In this document: positions 18,503 through 27,633 of the stretch, piece after piece
Position numbering within the stretch: the first letter of the stretch is position 1
Layout: every line of letters starts with the position of its first letter
Assembly (NCBI GenBank): GCA_964452565.1
Contig: CAYVLY010000001.1
Span: 291,009 to 355,008, forward strand
From: an uncultured Gammaproteobacteria bacterium
GTDB lineage: Bacteria; Patescibacteriota; Patescibacteriia; UBA9934
DNA length: 64,000 nt
Direction: 5' to 3'
The notes under the pieces: model-generated
What the model saw: the letters and a program-made list of their open reading frames with translations, nothing else
Databases searched by the model: none
Told to the model about the DNA's origin: nothing
Position numbers and translations under genes: made by a program

Positions 18503-20095
18503 CTATTCAACCAACACACTTCCGGTCATCTCATCTGGTGCATCAAGGCCCATCATTGATAAAAACGTTGGCGCTATATCTGCAAGCATTCCAACTGGAG
18601 GAACACGCGACAAATCCTTACTAGGGATATCACCCGTGACTCCTGACTTTCCTTCAAGCCGGTTTGCAACGACCCAAAGCGGAACTGGGTTTGTACTATG
18701 TTCCTTATCGATTCCTCCTGTTTGCAAGTTCTTTACTTCCTCTGCGTTACCATGATCTGATGTAATCATTACCATCCCATCTTTTTTCAAAACTTCTTTA
18801 ACGATCTTCCCGAGGCAATCATCAACAACTTCAACAGCTTGAATCGTAGCGTCTAGATTGCCAGTATGCGCAACCATGTCTGGATTTGCAAAATTAACAA
18901 AAATCGCATCATAGTTATCAGTTTTGACTTCTTTGATAATCCTATCAGTAAGTTGATATGCAGACATCTCTGGCTGCTGGTCATAACGCGGCACATGCGG
19001 CGACGGAATAATTATATGATCTTCCTGATCAAACGGCTGCTCCTGTTTACCATTCAAAAAATAAGTAACGTGTGCGTATTTTTCAGTCTCTGCAATGTGC
19101 AGCTGTACCAGCTTCTTTTTTGCAATAACTTCACACAAAGTGTTGCTAACCTTTTCTGGTGGAAATGCAACTTCAACTGGTAGCCCCTTTTCATACTCTG
19201 TCATGCAAACAAAATGCAAATTTTCAACATAGTCTCGATCAAACTTATGAAAGGTTGGTAAAGTAAATGCCTTTGTAAGTTGACGTGCACGATCTGACCG
19301 ATAGTTATAAAAAATCATTGCATCACCATCATTAACTTTTGCAACTGGCTCGCCACGTTTGGTTATTACAACAGGAACAAACTCCTCATCAAAAACTTCT
19401 TTAGCATAAGATGCTTTTAATGCCTCGAGCGGATCCTCAAATGTCTGAGTTGACGAACCGTCGACCATTGCTCGATACGTCTTTTCGGTCCTATCCCATC
19501 GATTATCACGGTCCATTGCGTAATAACGTCCAGATATGGTCGCGATCTGACCGATCCGGAAATCAGAGATCTTCTGCTGTAAAGCACCAACAAAATCAAT
19601 TCCAGAATTATAAAGTGAATCACAGCCATCCAAAAAAACATGGATTGCCAGGTTTTCAACTCCCCGCTGCTTAGCGAGCTCCATCAGTTCATAGCAATGC
19701 CGATTAAATCCATGCACTTTCCCAGCTGAGAGCACCCCCATCAGATGCAATGTTCCGCCAGTTTTTTTTACATGCTCTGCTGCTGATACTAACTTTTCAT
19801 TTTCAAAAAAACTCTTGTCTTCAATTGCATTGTCAATTCGCGGCAAGTCTTGATAATGAACTCTGCCAGCACCAATTGTTAAATGACCAACCTCAGAATT
19901 ACCCATCTCTCCCCAAGGCAGACCAACTGTCTCGCCAGCAGCACGCAGAATCATGGTTGGATAGCGCTGTGTTAGCATGTCGAGCGTTGGGGTTTTTGCT
20001 TTGGTAATAGCGTTTCCAGAAGCGTCGGGCGCAATACCAAAACCATCCAATACTATCAGTACAGCTGGCCGCGGGCGTTTTTTATTATCTGGCAT
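18503..20095 (-). CDS. gpmI: 2,3-bisphosphoglycerate-independent phosphoglycerate mutase
   Basis: N-terminal RPRPAVLIVLDGFG, metal-binding TSDHGN, overall length of about 530 aa. Confidence 0.85.
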   Translation of the reverse strand: MPDNKKRPRPAVLIVLDGFGIAPDASGNAITKAKTPTLDMLTQRYPTMILRAAGETVGLPWGEMGNSEVGHLTIGAGRVHYQDLPRIDNAIEDKSFFENEKLVSAAEHVKKTGGTLHLMGVLSAGKVHGFNRHCYELMELAKQRGVENLAIHVFLDGCDSLYNSGIDFVGALQQKISDFRIGQIATISGRYYAMDRDNRWDRTEKTYRAMVDGSSTQTFEDPLEALKASYAKEVFDEEFVPVVITKRGEPVAKVNDGDAMIFYNYRSDRARQLTKAFTLPTFHKFDRDYVENLHFVCMTEYEKGLPVEVAFPPEKVSNTLCEVIAKKKLVQLHIAETEKYAHVTYFLNGKQEQPFDQEDHIIIPSPHVPRYDQQPEMSAYQLTDRIIKEVKTDNYDAIFVNFANPDMVAHTGNLDATIQAVEVVDDCLGKIVKEVLKKDGMVMITSDHGNAEEVKNLQTGGIDKEHSTNPVPLWVVANRLEGKSGVTGDIPSKDLSRVPPVGMLADIAPTFLSMMGLDAPDEMTGSVLVE

Positions 20096-20238
20096 AGTGG
20101 ATTGATTATATCAAATGTAGGCGGTATGCAGTAGGCGGTATGCAGCAATAAAAAACCCGCCCCAGTTGGGACGAGCGCGCACAAAGAAATGTGCTGTATC
20201 CGCGATGTTTGGACCTACGTCAGTCCAATCGCGACTTG

Positions 20239-20700
20239 TTACCCGTTTTCGGGCGAGCGCCCCGGTGGTGTCCAATTTTTCACCACAATAAGATCCTTGA
20301 TAACCTTTTCCAGGTCATTTACACCATAAACCACAGTATGCCTCTCGTCCTTCTCGAGCTCTGGAGGCATGTCTGGACCGCGAACAATGCAAAGGCGTTC
20401 ATGTGTACAATTCTGCAACGCCTGATGGACCTGAGGGTTAGGAATGCCTTGCGCAATCTCACACCAGGTCAAAACGGCTGGCCAATCACTGACGCTAAGA
20501 ATGATCAGGTCAACCGGGCCATGCCTATACAGGCTATACGTAGCATAGAACAGGTAATTCCCACTTGTTGCAATGATCCATCTAAAGGACCCCTTGTGCT
20601 GCTCTGCGCAACTTGACACTTGCTGAATCTCTTCATGGCTCAGCGGCCCATCGTGCTCGATGAACATCACGTCAACGCCCTTGATCTTACCGCCGCTCAT
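20239..20700 (-). CDS. hypothetical protein, member D of a tandem paralog quartet
   Basis: Shares VRGPDMPxE...V..DL(E/V) block with member C. Confidence 0.5.
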   Translation of the reverse strand: MSGGKIKGVDVMFIEHDGPLSHEEIQQVSSCAEQHKGSFRWIIATSGNYLFYATYSLYRHGPVDLIILSVSDWPAVLTWCEIAQGIPNPQVHQALQNCTHERLCIVRGPDMPPELEKDERHTVVYGVNDLEKVIKDLIVVKNWTPPGRSPENG

Positions 20701-21257
20701 GAATCACCCCCTTGCTGCTGCTGGATCTTGGCGTAGTGTAGTTCAGTAAGGTGATGGACAAGATGATCATAGCCATCGACGATCGTGATGCGCTCTACCG
20801 CTCGAATCTCCTCCTCGGGCATGTCTGGACCACGTACAGCCACCAGCTGTGGGCTTTGTACCTCCCTTTTTCTACTAAGCCCACCGATGTCTGCGTCAGC
20901 CCTTCTGAATTCACGCCAAAAGTAGAAAACATTCTGCCATCTTGACACATCCAAGACAATCACATGAATAGTCCTCTCGGACTCATCAAGGCTACGACCC
21001 CTCTTCCACTTCCATGCCAAAACCTCATATGCGCGAGTAGCGTAACACGGAACGCGGCCGATGGTATATGGCATGAGGCTACCACCAATCTCAGACATGT
21101 GTGCCCCCAATGTCTCCCATTGCTGAACACTGAGCACGCCACCATCGAGAATCAAAAGAACGTTCAGTCCACTCATGGTTTTTCTCCTTTCATTCCACTC
21201 GTGGAGATTTAATGTACTAGCCATGGCCAATTTTGTCAAAAGCAAAGAGCCCTGCAC
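20697..21257 (-). CDS. hypothetical protein, paralog quartet member C (alternative start MASTLNLH at about 21224)
   Basis: N-terminus identical to member B through the 147-bp repeat; ORF-track start is a GTG inside the hairpin. Confidence 0.5.
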   Translation of the reverse strand: MQGSLLLTKLAMASTLNLHEWNERRKTMSGLNVLLILDGGVLSVQQWETLGAHMSEIGGSLMPYTIGRVPCYATRAYEVLAWKWKRGRSLDESERTIHVIVLDVSRWQNVFYFWREFRRADADIGGLSRKREVQSPQLVAVRGPDMPEEEIRAVERITIVDGYDHLVHHLTELHYAKIQQQQGGDS

Positions 21258-21347
21258 CTTATTGGCACAGGACCACGAATAGCATGGGCTATGAGACTAG
21301 CCAAGTTCTGGATCTGTGAGGATCTTGCTGAGTGCAGCCTCGAGCTC
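21201..21347. repeat. 147-bp direct repeat copy 1 (100% identical to 21788..21934). It spans the 3' end of one paralog, the intergenic hairpin and the 5' end of the next.
   Basis: Direct sequence comparison: gtggagatttaatgtactagccatggcc...gcagcctcgagctc is identical in both copies. Confidence 0.85.
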
Positions 21348-21833
21348 CTCAGTCGTATTGACCACAATCGCATCGCCATAGTCACCAGGGGGCGGATTAA
21401 CCAGGATAATTGGCATGGCTTGTACCTCGTCCCTGCCAATATAGCGACTCTGCGCGTTCGCTACAGCTTGGTCTGATTGATACCCCTTCATAAGATGCAT
21501 ACCCCTAGGTCCGAAATCAATCAGAATGGCTATCAGGGAACCACCTCCGCCAAGCTCCTTACGTCCAGCATGGCGGCATATTTCAATTTCTATCATCTCC
21601 CGCAGACATGCCTGTTTTGGGAGCTTGGGCTTCACCCAAAGCTGCACCTCGAGTCGATAGCCCACATCTACCAAATCTTCAGGAGCAAAGTAATAACCTC
21701 TCAGATTCGTTACCTTATCTTCAAGGTAAATCACAACGTATCTTTCCTGCATTTTGAACCCTTCCTTCTCATTACAGTGGAGATTTAATGTACTAGCCAT
21801 GGCCAATTTTGTCAAAAGCAAAGAGCCCTGCAC
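21297..21833 (-). CDS. hypothetical protein, paralog quartet member B
   Basis: N-terminus identical to C; C-terminus ...PPPGDYGDAIVVNTTEELEAALSKILTDPELG nearly identical to member A. Confidence 0.5.
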   Translation of the reverse strand: MQGSLLLTKLAMASTLNLHCNEKEGFKMQERYVVIYLEDKVTNLRGYYFAPEDLVDVGYRLEVQLWVKPKLPKQACLREMIEIEICRHAGRKELGGGGSLIAILIDFGPRGMHLMKGYQSDQAVANAQSRYIGRDEVQAMPIILVNPPPGDYGDAIVVNTTEELEAALSKILTDPELG

Positions 21834-21934
21834 CTTATTGGCACAGGACCACGAATAGCATGGGCTATGAGACTAGCCAAGTTCTGGATCTGTGAGGATC
21901 TTGCTGAGTGCAGCCTCGAGCTCTTCGGGCGTGT
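21788..21934. repeat. 147-bp direct repeat copy 2
   Basis: Identical to 21201..21347. Confidence 0.85.
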
Positions 21935-22385
21935 TGACCACGATTGCCTCGCCATACTCACCCGGCGGCGGGCAGATGAGGACGATCGGAATCGGTGACA
22001 GGATCAAGTCCAATGGCAGTTGCTGGAGCTGCGCTTCGAAAAACCTACCGGCAAGCCTCATGATGTCCTTGGCTTTTGGATAGCGCCTCAGAGACTCGCC
22101 GGCGCAAACCAGATCACCAAAGACCAGCAATGCCTTATAGCCTCGTCCACTCGCCGACCACTCCCAGATCGCATCGAGTGCGATCAACTGGATAGCGATA
22201 CTGACGGGACAAATAAGCCCATGATATGCGGGGCCTGGACAACCTTCAGGTGACCCAACAACCGCGAAGCTCGGCCCGACTGATCGCCTTAGAGAATAAC
22301 TCAGATCCTCAAGGGCCCGATACATCTCATTACGTCTGCTCCAGATCGAATAGTCGCATACAACATAAACGCTGGGAATCGGCAT
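21873..22385 (-). CDS. hypothetical protein, paralog quartet member A
   Basis: C-terminus ...PPPGEYGEAIVVNTPEELEAALSKILTDPELG shared with B. Confidence 0.5.
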   Translation of the reverse strand: MPIPSVYVVCDYSIWSRRNEMYRALEDLSYSLRRSVGPSFAVVGSPEGCPGPAYHGLICPVSIAIQLIALDAIWEWSASGRGYKALLVFGDLVCAGESLRRYPKAKDIMRLAGRFFEAQLQQLPLDLILSPIPIVLICPPPGEYGEAIVVNTPEELEAALSKILTDPELG

Positions 22386-22596
22386 CGAACCTCCTTCATC
22401 ACTTTCTGGTGGTGACTGAGATTAACAGAAGATTCAGATTCTGTCAATAACAAAACACCCCTTTGTCTTTCAAACAAAGAGGTGGTCAACCCTTTTGGTG
22501 ATTGTTTAATCGCTCGGGCTGGGCCCTCGCTTGTCCAAAATGTCTAAAATGTTTATTTCTAAATAAACAACTTGGACACTTTCAACATCTTAAACA

Positions 22597-22950
22597 TCAT
22601 CTATTAACTGCCATTGAATCATCTGGATTTATATATCGCACATCATCTACTTTCACAAGTCCGAGCATTTGCACACGTGTCATCACACTATCGATTGAAC
22701 GAAGGGATGAGACCTGTTGCTGCAATTGTTCGTTCTCGTGTTCAAGATCGGCAATCTCATGTTCCATATCCCGCACAGCATAGCCTTGAGTAGCTGACAT
22801 GTTTACTTGCCAGATATAGAGCGCTCCGACAACTGCCACACAGGCTAGTAAACAATATCCGAACCACTTTGTGGATGTAAAATTGAGAGTCATGGTTGTA
22901 ATAGACGGGATCGTCATAGTCCTCCGAGTCGGCTTCCCCAGTCGGCGCAT
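22597..22950 (-). CDS. FtsL-like cell-division protein (single TM plus coiled coil), downstream of rsmH
   Basis: Position in the mraZ-rsmH-ftsL order; TM helix WFGYCLLACVAVVGALYIW; heptad-like EHEIADLEHENEQLQQQV. Confidence 0.55.
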   Translation of the reverse strand: MRRLGKPTRRTMTIPSITTMTLNFTSTKWFGYCLLACVAVVGALYIWQVNMSATQGYAVRDMEHEIADLEHENEQLQQQVSSLRSIDSVMTRVQMLGLVKVDDVRYINPDDSMAVNR

Positions 22951-23060
22951 TACTGCGTCAGAAACTTCGTTTTGCCCTCATCGTACGTTTTAGTACGCCT
23001 CGGCCAAAGCCTTGTTTCTTCCTTGTATTGCATCCAACTGTGAAAACCTTTAGTTAATTC

Positions 23061-23912
23061 TTAAGTCTTTTGCGCGATGCGCAGTTTTGCGCTTCTTGCG
23101 CGCGGATTATCTTTTGTTTCTTCGAATTCTGGTTTAATTGGCTTTTTTGTGATGATCTCCAGATCCTCTCGGTCTTTGAAAAAGTTCTTCACAATTCGAT
23201 CTTCTAATGAATGGAAACAGATTACTACGAGTCGTCCTCCTGGTTTTAGAACTTTGACAGCGGCCTCAAGTCCTTTTTCAAACTCACCTAGTTCATCATT
23301 CACTGCTATACGAAGTGCCTGAAAGATCTTTGTTGCAGGATGATGCTTGCCAGTTCGTCGAACTGCGTTTGATACAACTTCTGCAAGTTCTGAGGTCCGG
23401 GTGATGCGATTCTTTCTGCGGGCATCGAATATTGCTTTTGCAATCTGTAGTGCGAATTGCTCTTCTCCCAGCTTTCGAAAGAGTTCTGCAAGTTCGTCTT
23501 TTGACCAACTGTTGACAATAACTTCGGCAGTTAACTCCTGCGACTGATCGTAGCGCATGTCCAGAGGTCCATCTTTCATGAATGAGAACCCTCTTTCAGG
23601 ATCATCAACATGTAGTGATGAAAATCCTATGTCGAACAATACGGCATCAATCGGCTCCTTAACGTGCGTTTCTATCGATGAGAATGAATCTTTAATGAAT
23701 TCGACTCGATCTGCAACATCTTTGAGCTGCTCTTTAGCTAACTCTAGGTTGCGATTGTCGCGATCAAAACCTATTACACGTCCGTTTGGAGCTGTTCGAT
23801 CAAGGATCTCACGAGTGTGCCCACCTAGTCCGAGCGTTGCGTCGATAATTACAGCGCCAGAATCTAGGGATAGCCCCTCCATGACCTCCTTGAGTAAAAC
23901 TGGTTTGTGCAT
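23061..23912 (-). CDS. rsmH: 16S rRNA (cytosine1402-N4)-methyltransferase RsmH (MraW)
   Basis: MHKPVLLKEVMEGL...DATLGLGGHT SAM-binding signature; adjacent to mraZ. Confidence 0.85.
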   Translation of the reverse strand: MHKPVLLKEVMEGLSLDSGAVIIDATLGLGGHTREILDRTAPNGRVIGFDRDNRNLELAKEQLKDVADRVEFIKDSFSSIETHVKEPIDAVLFDIGFSSLHVDDPERGFSFMKDGPLDMRYDQSQELTAEVIVNSWSKDELAELFRKLGEEQFALQIAKAIFDARRKNRITRTSELAEVVSNAVRRTGKHHPATKIFQALRIAVNDELGEFEKGLEAAVKVLKPGGRLVVICFHSLEDRIVKNFFKDREDLEIITKKPIKPEFEETKDNPRARSAKLRIAQKT

Positions 23913-23921
23913 ATGTTCTTT

Positions 23922-24353
23922 TTAAATTCCGAGCTCGCCAAGTTCTTCTGCAATGTCGACTGCGTTATTCTCAGTCTGCTCGCGGTAGGCATTCCACTTA
24001 TCCTCGTCCCAAATCTCGAGACGTGTATGGATTCCTACAATCACCACTTTCTTTCCCAACTCCGCGTATTTACGCAAGTAGTCAGGAAGGACAAACCGTC
24101 CCTGCTTATCAAGCTTCACATCCATGGCGCCCGCAAGCATGAGCCGGGCGAATGCACGTGACTTGGCCTGCCCCAGGGGTAAACTCGCCAACTTCTCGGA
24201 AAGCTTCCCCCACTCCTCCAAGGGGAGCAGGAACAACGAAGAATCAAGACCCCGCGTCACTACTGCGCCTTTTGCGAGATCTACTCTAAACTTCGTTGGT
24301 ACGGCAAGCCGTCCTTTTTCGTCGATTGAGTGATGATATTCCCCTATGAACAT
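23922..24353 (-). CDS. mraZ: transcriptional regulator MraZ
   Basis: MFIGEYHHSIDEKGRLAVPTKFR; duplicated SpoVT/AbrB-like halves; first gene of a dcw-type cluster. Confidence 0.85.
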   Translation of the reverse strand: MFIGEYHHSIDEKGRLAVPTKFRVDLAKGAVVTRGLDSSLFLLPLEEWGKLSEKLASLPLGQAKSRAFARLMLAGAMDVKLDKQGRFVLPDYLRKYAELGKKVVIVGIHTRLEIWDEDKWNAYREQTENNAVDIAEELGELGI

Positions 24354-24568
24354 ATGGAAATATTCAGAAGGTACAGGCAGTAGCGACCCAACATCACAAG
24401 CTATTCAAGACACACAAGCGCGATCTTGGATGAATTATGATGAGGGGAAGTTTCCTGAACCTTCTGGAAAGTTACCCGCCGTCGCTCCTGCGGAGCTATG
24501 TCGGGTGTTCAAAGCAGGTGCTTTGAACAAAAAACGAAGTGACATGCGAATTAGGCTCATCGCCTAAT

Positions 24569-24641
24569 TCCCCACTTCGTGCCATTACATCTCCACTTTA
24601 CCCCACCAATCACCTCTGGTCAACCTGAATTCCCCACTTTT
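24569..24641. promoter_or_regulatory. Four direct CCCCAC(T) repeats (GTGGGG on the coding strand), about 220-290 bp upstream of mraZ: candidate MraZ boxes
   Basis: tccccactt / ctccacttt / ccccacc / tccccactttt. MraZ is known to bind GTGGG direct repeats in its own promoter. Confidence 0.35.
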
Positions 24642-24804
24642 ATACACGGATTCAATACGCACTTTGCGCTTTATTTGCAACTCAAACTCGTGTTCGGTAT
24701 TTGTTCTTGTTAATAACATACAAACAAAATAACCAACACCTGGGGTTGGTAATTAATTATCCACATGATCAAATCTGATTAAAACAACGTATAATACAAA
24801 TACT

Positions 24805-25383
24805 ATGCTTCATAAAAAACGATCACAGAAAAAACGCGCTCTCAATATTCTTGTTTTAACAAACGCCCTGATACTTATCGCAGGTGCGATGATGGGTCCG
24901 ATCTATGCCCTGTTTGTTGAAGAGATCGGGGGCAGCCTACTTGATGCCAGCTTAACTGGTACAGTCTTTGCGCTTGCTGCAGGAATCACTGTACTTATTG
25001 TTGGCCGCATAACTGACAAAATCAAACAACAACGCTATGTTGTAATCTTCGGCTACCTGATGATGGCGCTTGGATTCTTCTTGTATCTTTTTGTAGACTC
25101 AATCTGGTTCTTATTTATCATCCAAATCATCATCGGATTTGGTGAAGCAATCTACTCCCCTGCTTTTGATGCTATCTACTCACGCCATACAACTGATCAT
25201 CATGAAGGAAGTGAATGGGCACTATGGGAATCAATGATGTATTTCACTACAGCAGCCGGAGCATTTGTTGGAGGATTGCTTGCTTATCGTTTTGGATTTG
25301 ATACAATCTTCGTAGTTATGACAGCACTTTGCCTCATCAGCGCCGCATATCTAGCACTAATCCCGAAAAAGATCTTGAAATAG
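24805..25383 (+). CDS. MFS-like half-size transporter (6 TM); possibly a truncated MFS gene
   Basis: Six predicted helices; motif-A-like GRITDKIKQQR between TM2 and TM3; only 192 aa. Confidence 0.5.
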   Translation: MLHKKRSQKKRALNILVLTNALILIAGAMMGPIYALFVEEIGGSLLDASLTGTVFALAAGITVLIVGRITDKIKQQRYVVIFGYLMMALGFFLYLFVDSIWFLFIIQIIIGFGEAIYSPAFDAIYSRHTTDHHEGSEWALWESMMYFTTAAGAFVGGLLAYRFGFDTIFVVMTALCLISAAYLALIPKKILK

Positions 25384-26078
25384 AAACCGAAACATAAAAA
25401 ATTTGTCGCATGCGATGTCCGATCGGACAACATATGCGACATTTTGATTTTATCGTGATCTTGTTGTAACCTTACAGCGAGCCCCTTGCTAAAAAGGAGA
25501 CAGATCGTTGTCAGATTCTTCTTCACCTTCAGCCGAAACTCTCACGCTAGATGCTGACACCCACAGGGAATCCAGTCAGTGGATCCTGACCATCGCTGTA
25601 GTCTGTGCTGGTAAGCGAATACACGAAGAGATCATGCCTACAAAGCCCGTGCCCTCTCTGCTGGCCCCTGAGGTCGCAGGCGTTCTGCGTGAATGGACCA
25701 ACAACGGAGCACCCAGACTCCACATCGACAAACAATCGGCTGAAACCATCAGAAGAACCTCTGGAATACATCTTCGACTCGACGGAAGACGGATCACCGG
25801 CATGCGTGATTCATTCCACGTTCCGTTCGAAGACCTCCAGTGATGATCAGCTCCCCCTCCCCGTACCCGCCCACCTCAGGGCGGGCTTCGCTTTTCAAAA
25901 GCACGAAACCCGCCGGCCCGATATGATCGAGGGCGGGTGCTAGGCGTTGCAAAACGCGATCAAATTGGCCGCAACCAGTGCGACAATGACCACGGTCCAT
26001 CTGAGAAGGTCTGATCCTCTCACGATAACCTCCAAGGAAAGGGCTTACTTCTAGATTATCGCGTTCTGATTCAATTGT

Positions 26079-26573
26079 CTATTCTGGGCTAAATTTGTTA
26101 TCTACTACTTCCATTGTTCCACCAGGAACTTTTTCGCGCCAGGTTTTATTACCTGACTCAATCATCCCCCGAATCTCTGTGCCATTAAATCCAGGAACTG
26201 GTGAAATATTCTGAATCTCAACATTGTGCTTTTCAAACAACGCCTTCATATCATCATCACCACTCCAAAGCTTTGGACTCTCAGGCGCGCCTGCAGCCTC
26301 CAAAATTTTATCAACCCACTCATCATCTGATTCACAATCAGAAACATCAACGATCGTCGCATCAGCTATATTCTCAGAAAGTAGCGACGCGCTAATCATC
26401 TCCCGCACTTCTTCAACAGAAAACAGATCGTCCTCACGGGCATTGCCGTGGCAAATAACTACTACTGGCTTTGCGCATGACTTTGCCATACCTTGAACAA
26501 CCATGAGCTGACCTGTGTGGAACGGCTGAAACCGTCCGGGAAAAATACATGTAGACATATTACATCTCCCCAA
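26079..26573 (-). CDS. cytidylyltransferase-like nucleotidyltransferase (NMNAT / archaeal NadM-like), with an atypical HxGQ in place of HxGH
   Basis: FPGRFQPFHTGQL near the N-terminus (alternative start MSTCIFPGRF at about 26558). Confidence 0.5.
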   Translation of the reverse strand: MGRCNMSTCIFPGRFQPFHTGQLMVVQGMAKSCAKPVVVICHGNAREDDLFSVEEVREMISASLLSENIADATIVDVSDCESDDEWVDKILEAAGAPESPKLWSGDDDMKALFEKHNVEIQNISPVPGFNGTEIRGMIESGNKTWREKVPGGTMEVVDNKFSPE

Positions 26574-26636
26574 CCCCGAGAAGCGAAGCGACGAGGGGTC
26601 TTCTTAAGAAGACTTCTCACTTAGTTCGAAGTGGGA

Positions 26637-27545
26637 TTAATTTATTATAAGTTTCTCATCTAAACCAAATGGTCTTTGCAATTGCTTTGTGAACTCTGCC
26701 ATCTGCATTGGAGGGACATTTATCTGACTCATCTCTATTGATCCAAGCCCTTCCTTATGACACATCTTCAAATATCCCATCTCTGATGGATCAAATCCGA
26801 TCAAAGTTGCAGCTACTGTATCAACTGCCACTGGATCAAACCCTGCAAGCACAACACCCATCTCCACAGCAGTACCTTGGACAGGGCCATCCCCTTGCAT
26901 TGCCATCATACCATCAACCACAGCAACATCGCACGGAACTTGTCGATAAAGCTCTACAACACTTTGATGATGTGCCTTCACACCCTCTTCCTCAAGCCAT
27001 GGCCAGCGCGCCCATACTCTTCCTGTAGCGCTTATTCTCGATGGAACGATCCATGTTCCAGTAGTCCACGAATAGATCGATGCTGATAAGCCAACTTCCT
27101 TATGAACCTTGAGAGGCGCGAGCGAGATCTTTAGCCCTGCTTGGGCTGCGACTTTTGATCGACGAATCGGATTCTTTGATCCATCTAATCGAACTGTCTC
27201 ACCATCAACAAAATCATCATCGTTCAGATCAACAAGTTCAACCTGGTGATACTCGTCAAGTAGTCTTTCATATCCGAAATGCTCAAACGCAACTTTTGTG
27301 CCACGATATGCTGCATCCCCAATCTTAACTGGAGTTTTTGAATAAGTCTGAATCACGTCGAGTAATCCACGCACAGCATCTACATGCGTACAGGCAAGCT
27401 GATATTGATTATCGATCAGATTAACATGCACGAAAATCTCATCCACCTCACGGCATTTGTGAATAAAATCATCCCCAAGATCCTCAATAACTTTGCGCAC
27501 TGCCAGCCTTCGATCATTGCCTGTTTGTAGCTTTACCTCAATCAT
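26637..27545 (-). CDS. DUF362 domain protein
   Basis: Length and the conserved ...VVDGMMAMQGDGP... block typical of DUF362. Confidence 0.55.
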   Translation of the reverse strand: MIEVKLQTGNDRRLAVRKVIEDLGDDFIHKCREVDEIFVHVNLIDNQYQLACTHVDAVRGLLDVIQTYSKTPVKIGDAAYRGTKVAFEHFGYERLLDEYHQVELVDLNDDDFVDGETVRLDGSKNPIRRSKVAAQAGLKISLAPLKVHKEVGLSASIYSWTTGTWIVPSRISATGRVWARWPWLEEEGVKAHHQSVVELYRQVPCDVAVVDGMMAMQGDGPVQGTAVEMGVVLAGFDPVAVDTVAATLIGFDPSEMGYLKMCHKEGLGSIEMSQINVPPMQMAEFTKQLQRPFGLDEKLIIN

Positions 27546-27633
27546 GCGATAAGTTTAGCATACCAGAACACAGAATGCAGAACCCAGAACTCAGACAAGC
27601 TGTGGATAGAGGTCGGACCTCTGTCTACAGGCG

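Noticed and set aside
21224-21257. MQGSLLLTKLA N-terminal extensions of paralogs B and C
   Set aside because: The upstream start is a GTG lying inside the intergenic hairpin with no spacer to a ribosome-binding site. The MASTLNLH start is more plausible but also lacks an SD, so it is kept as an alternative rather than asserted.
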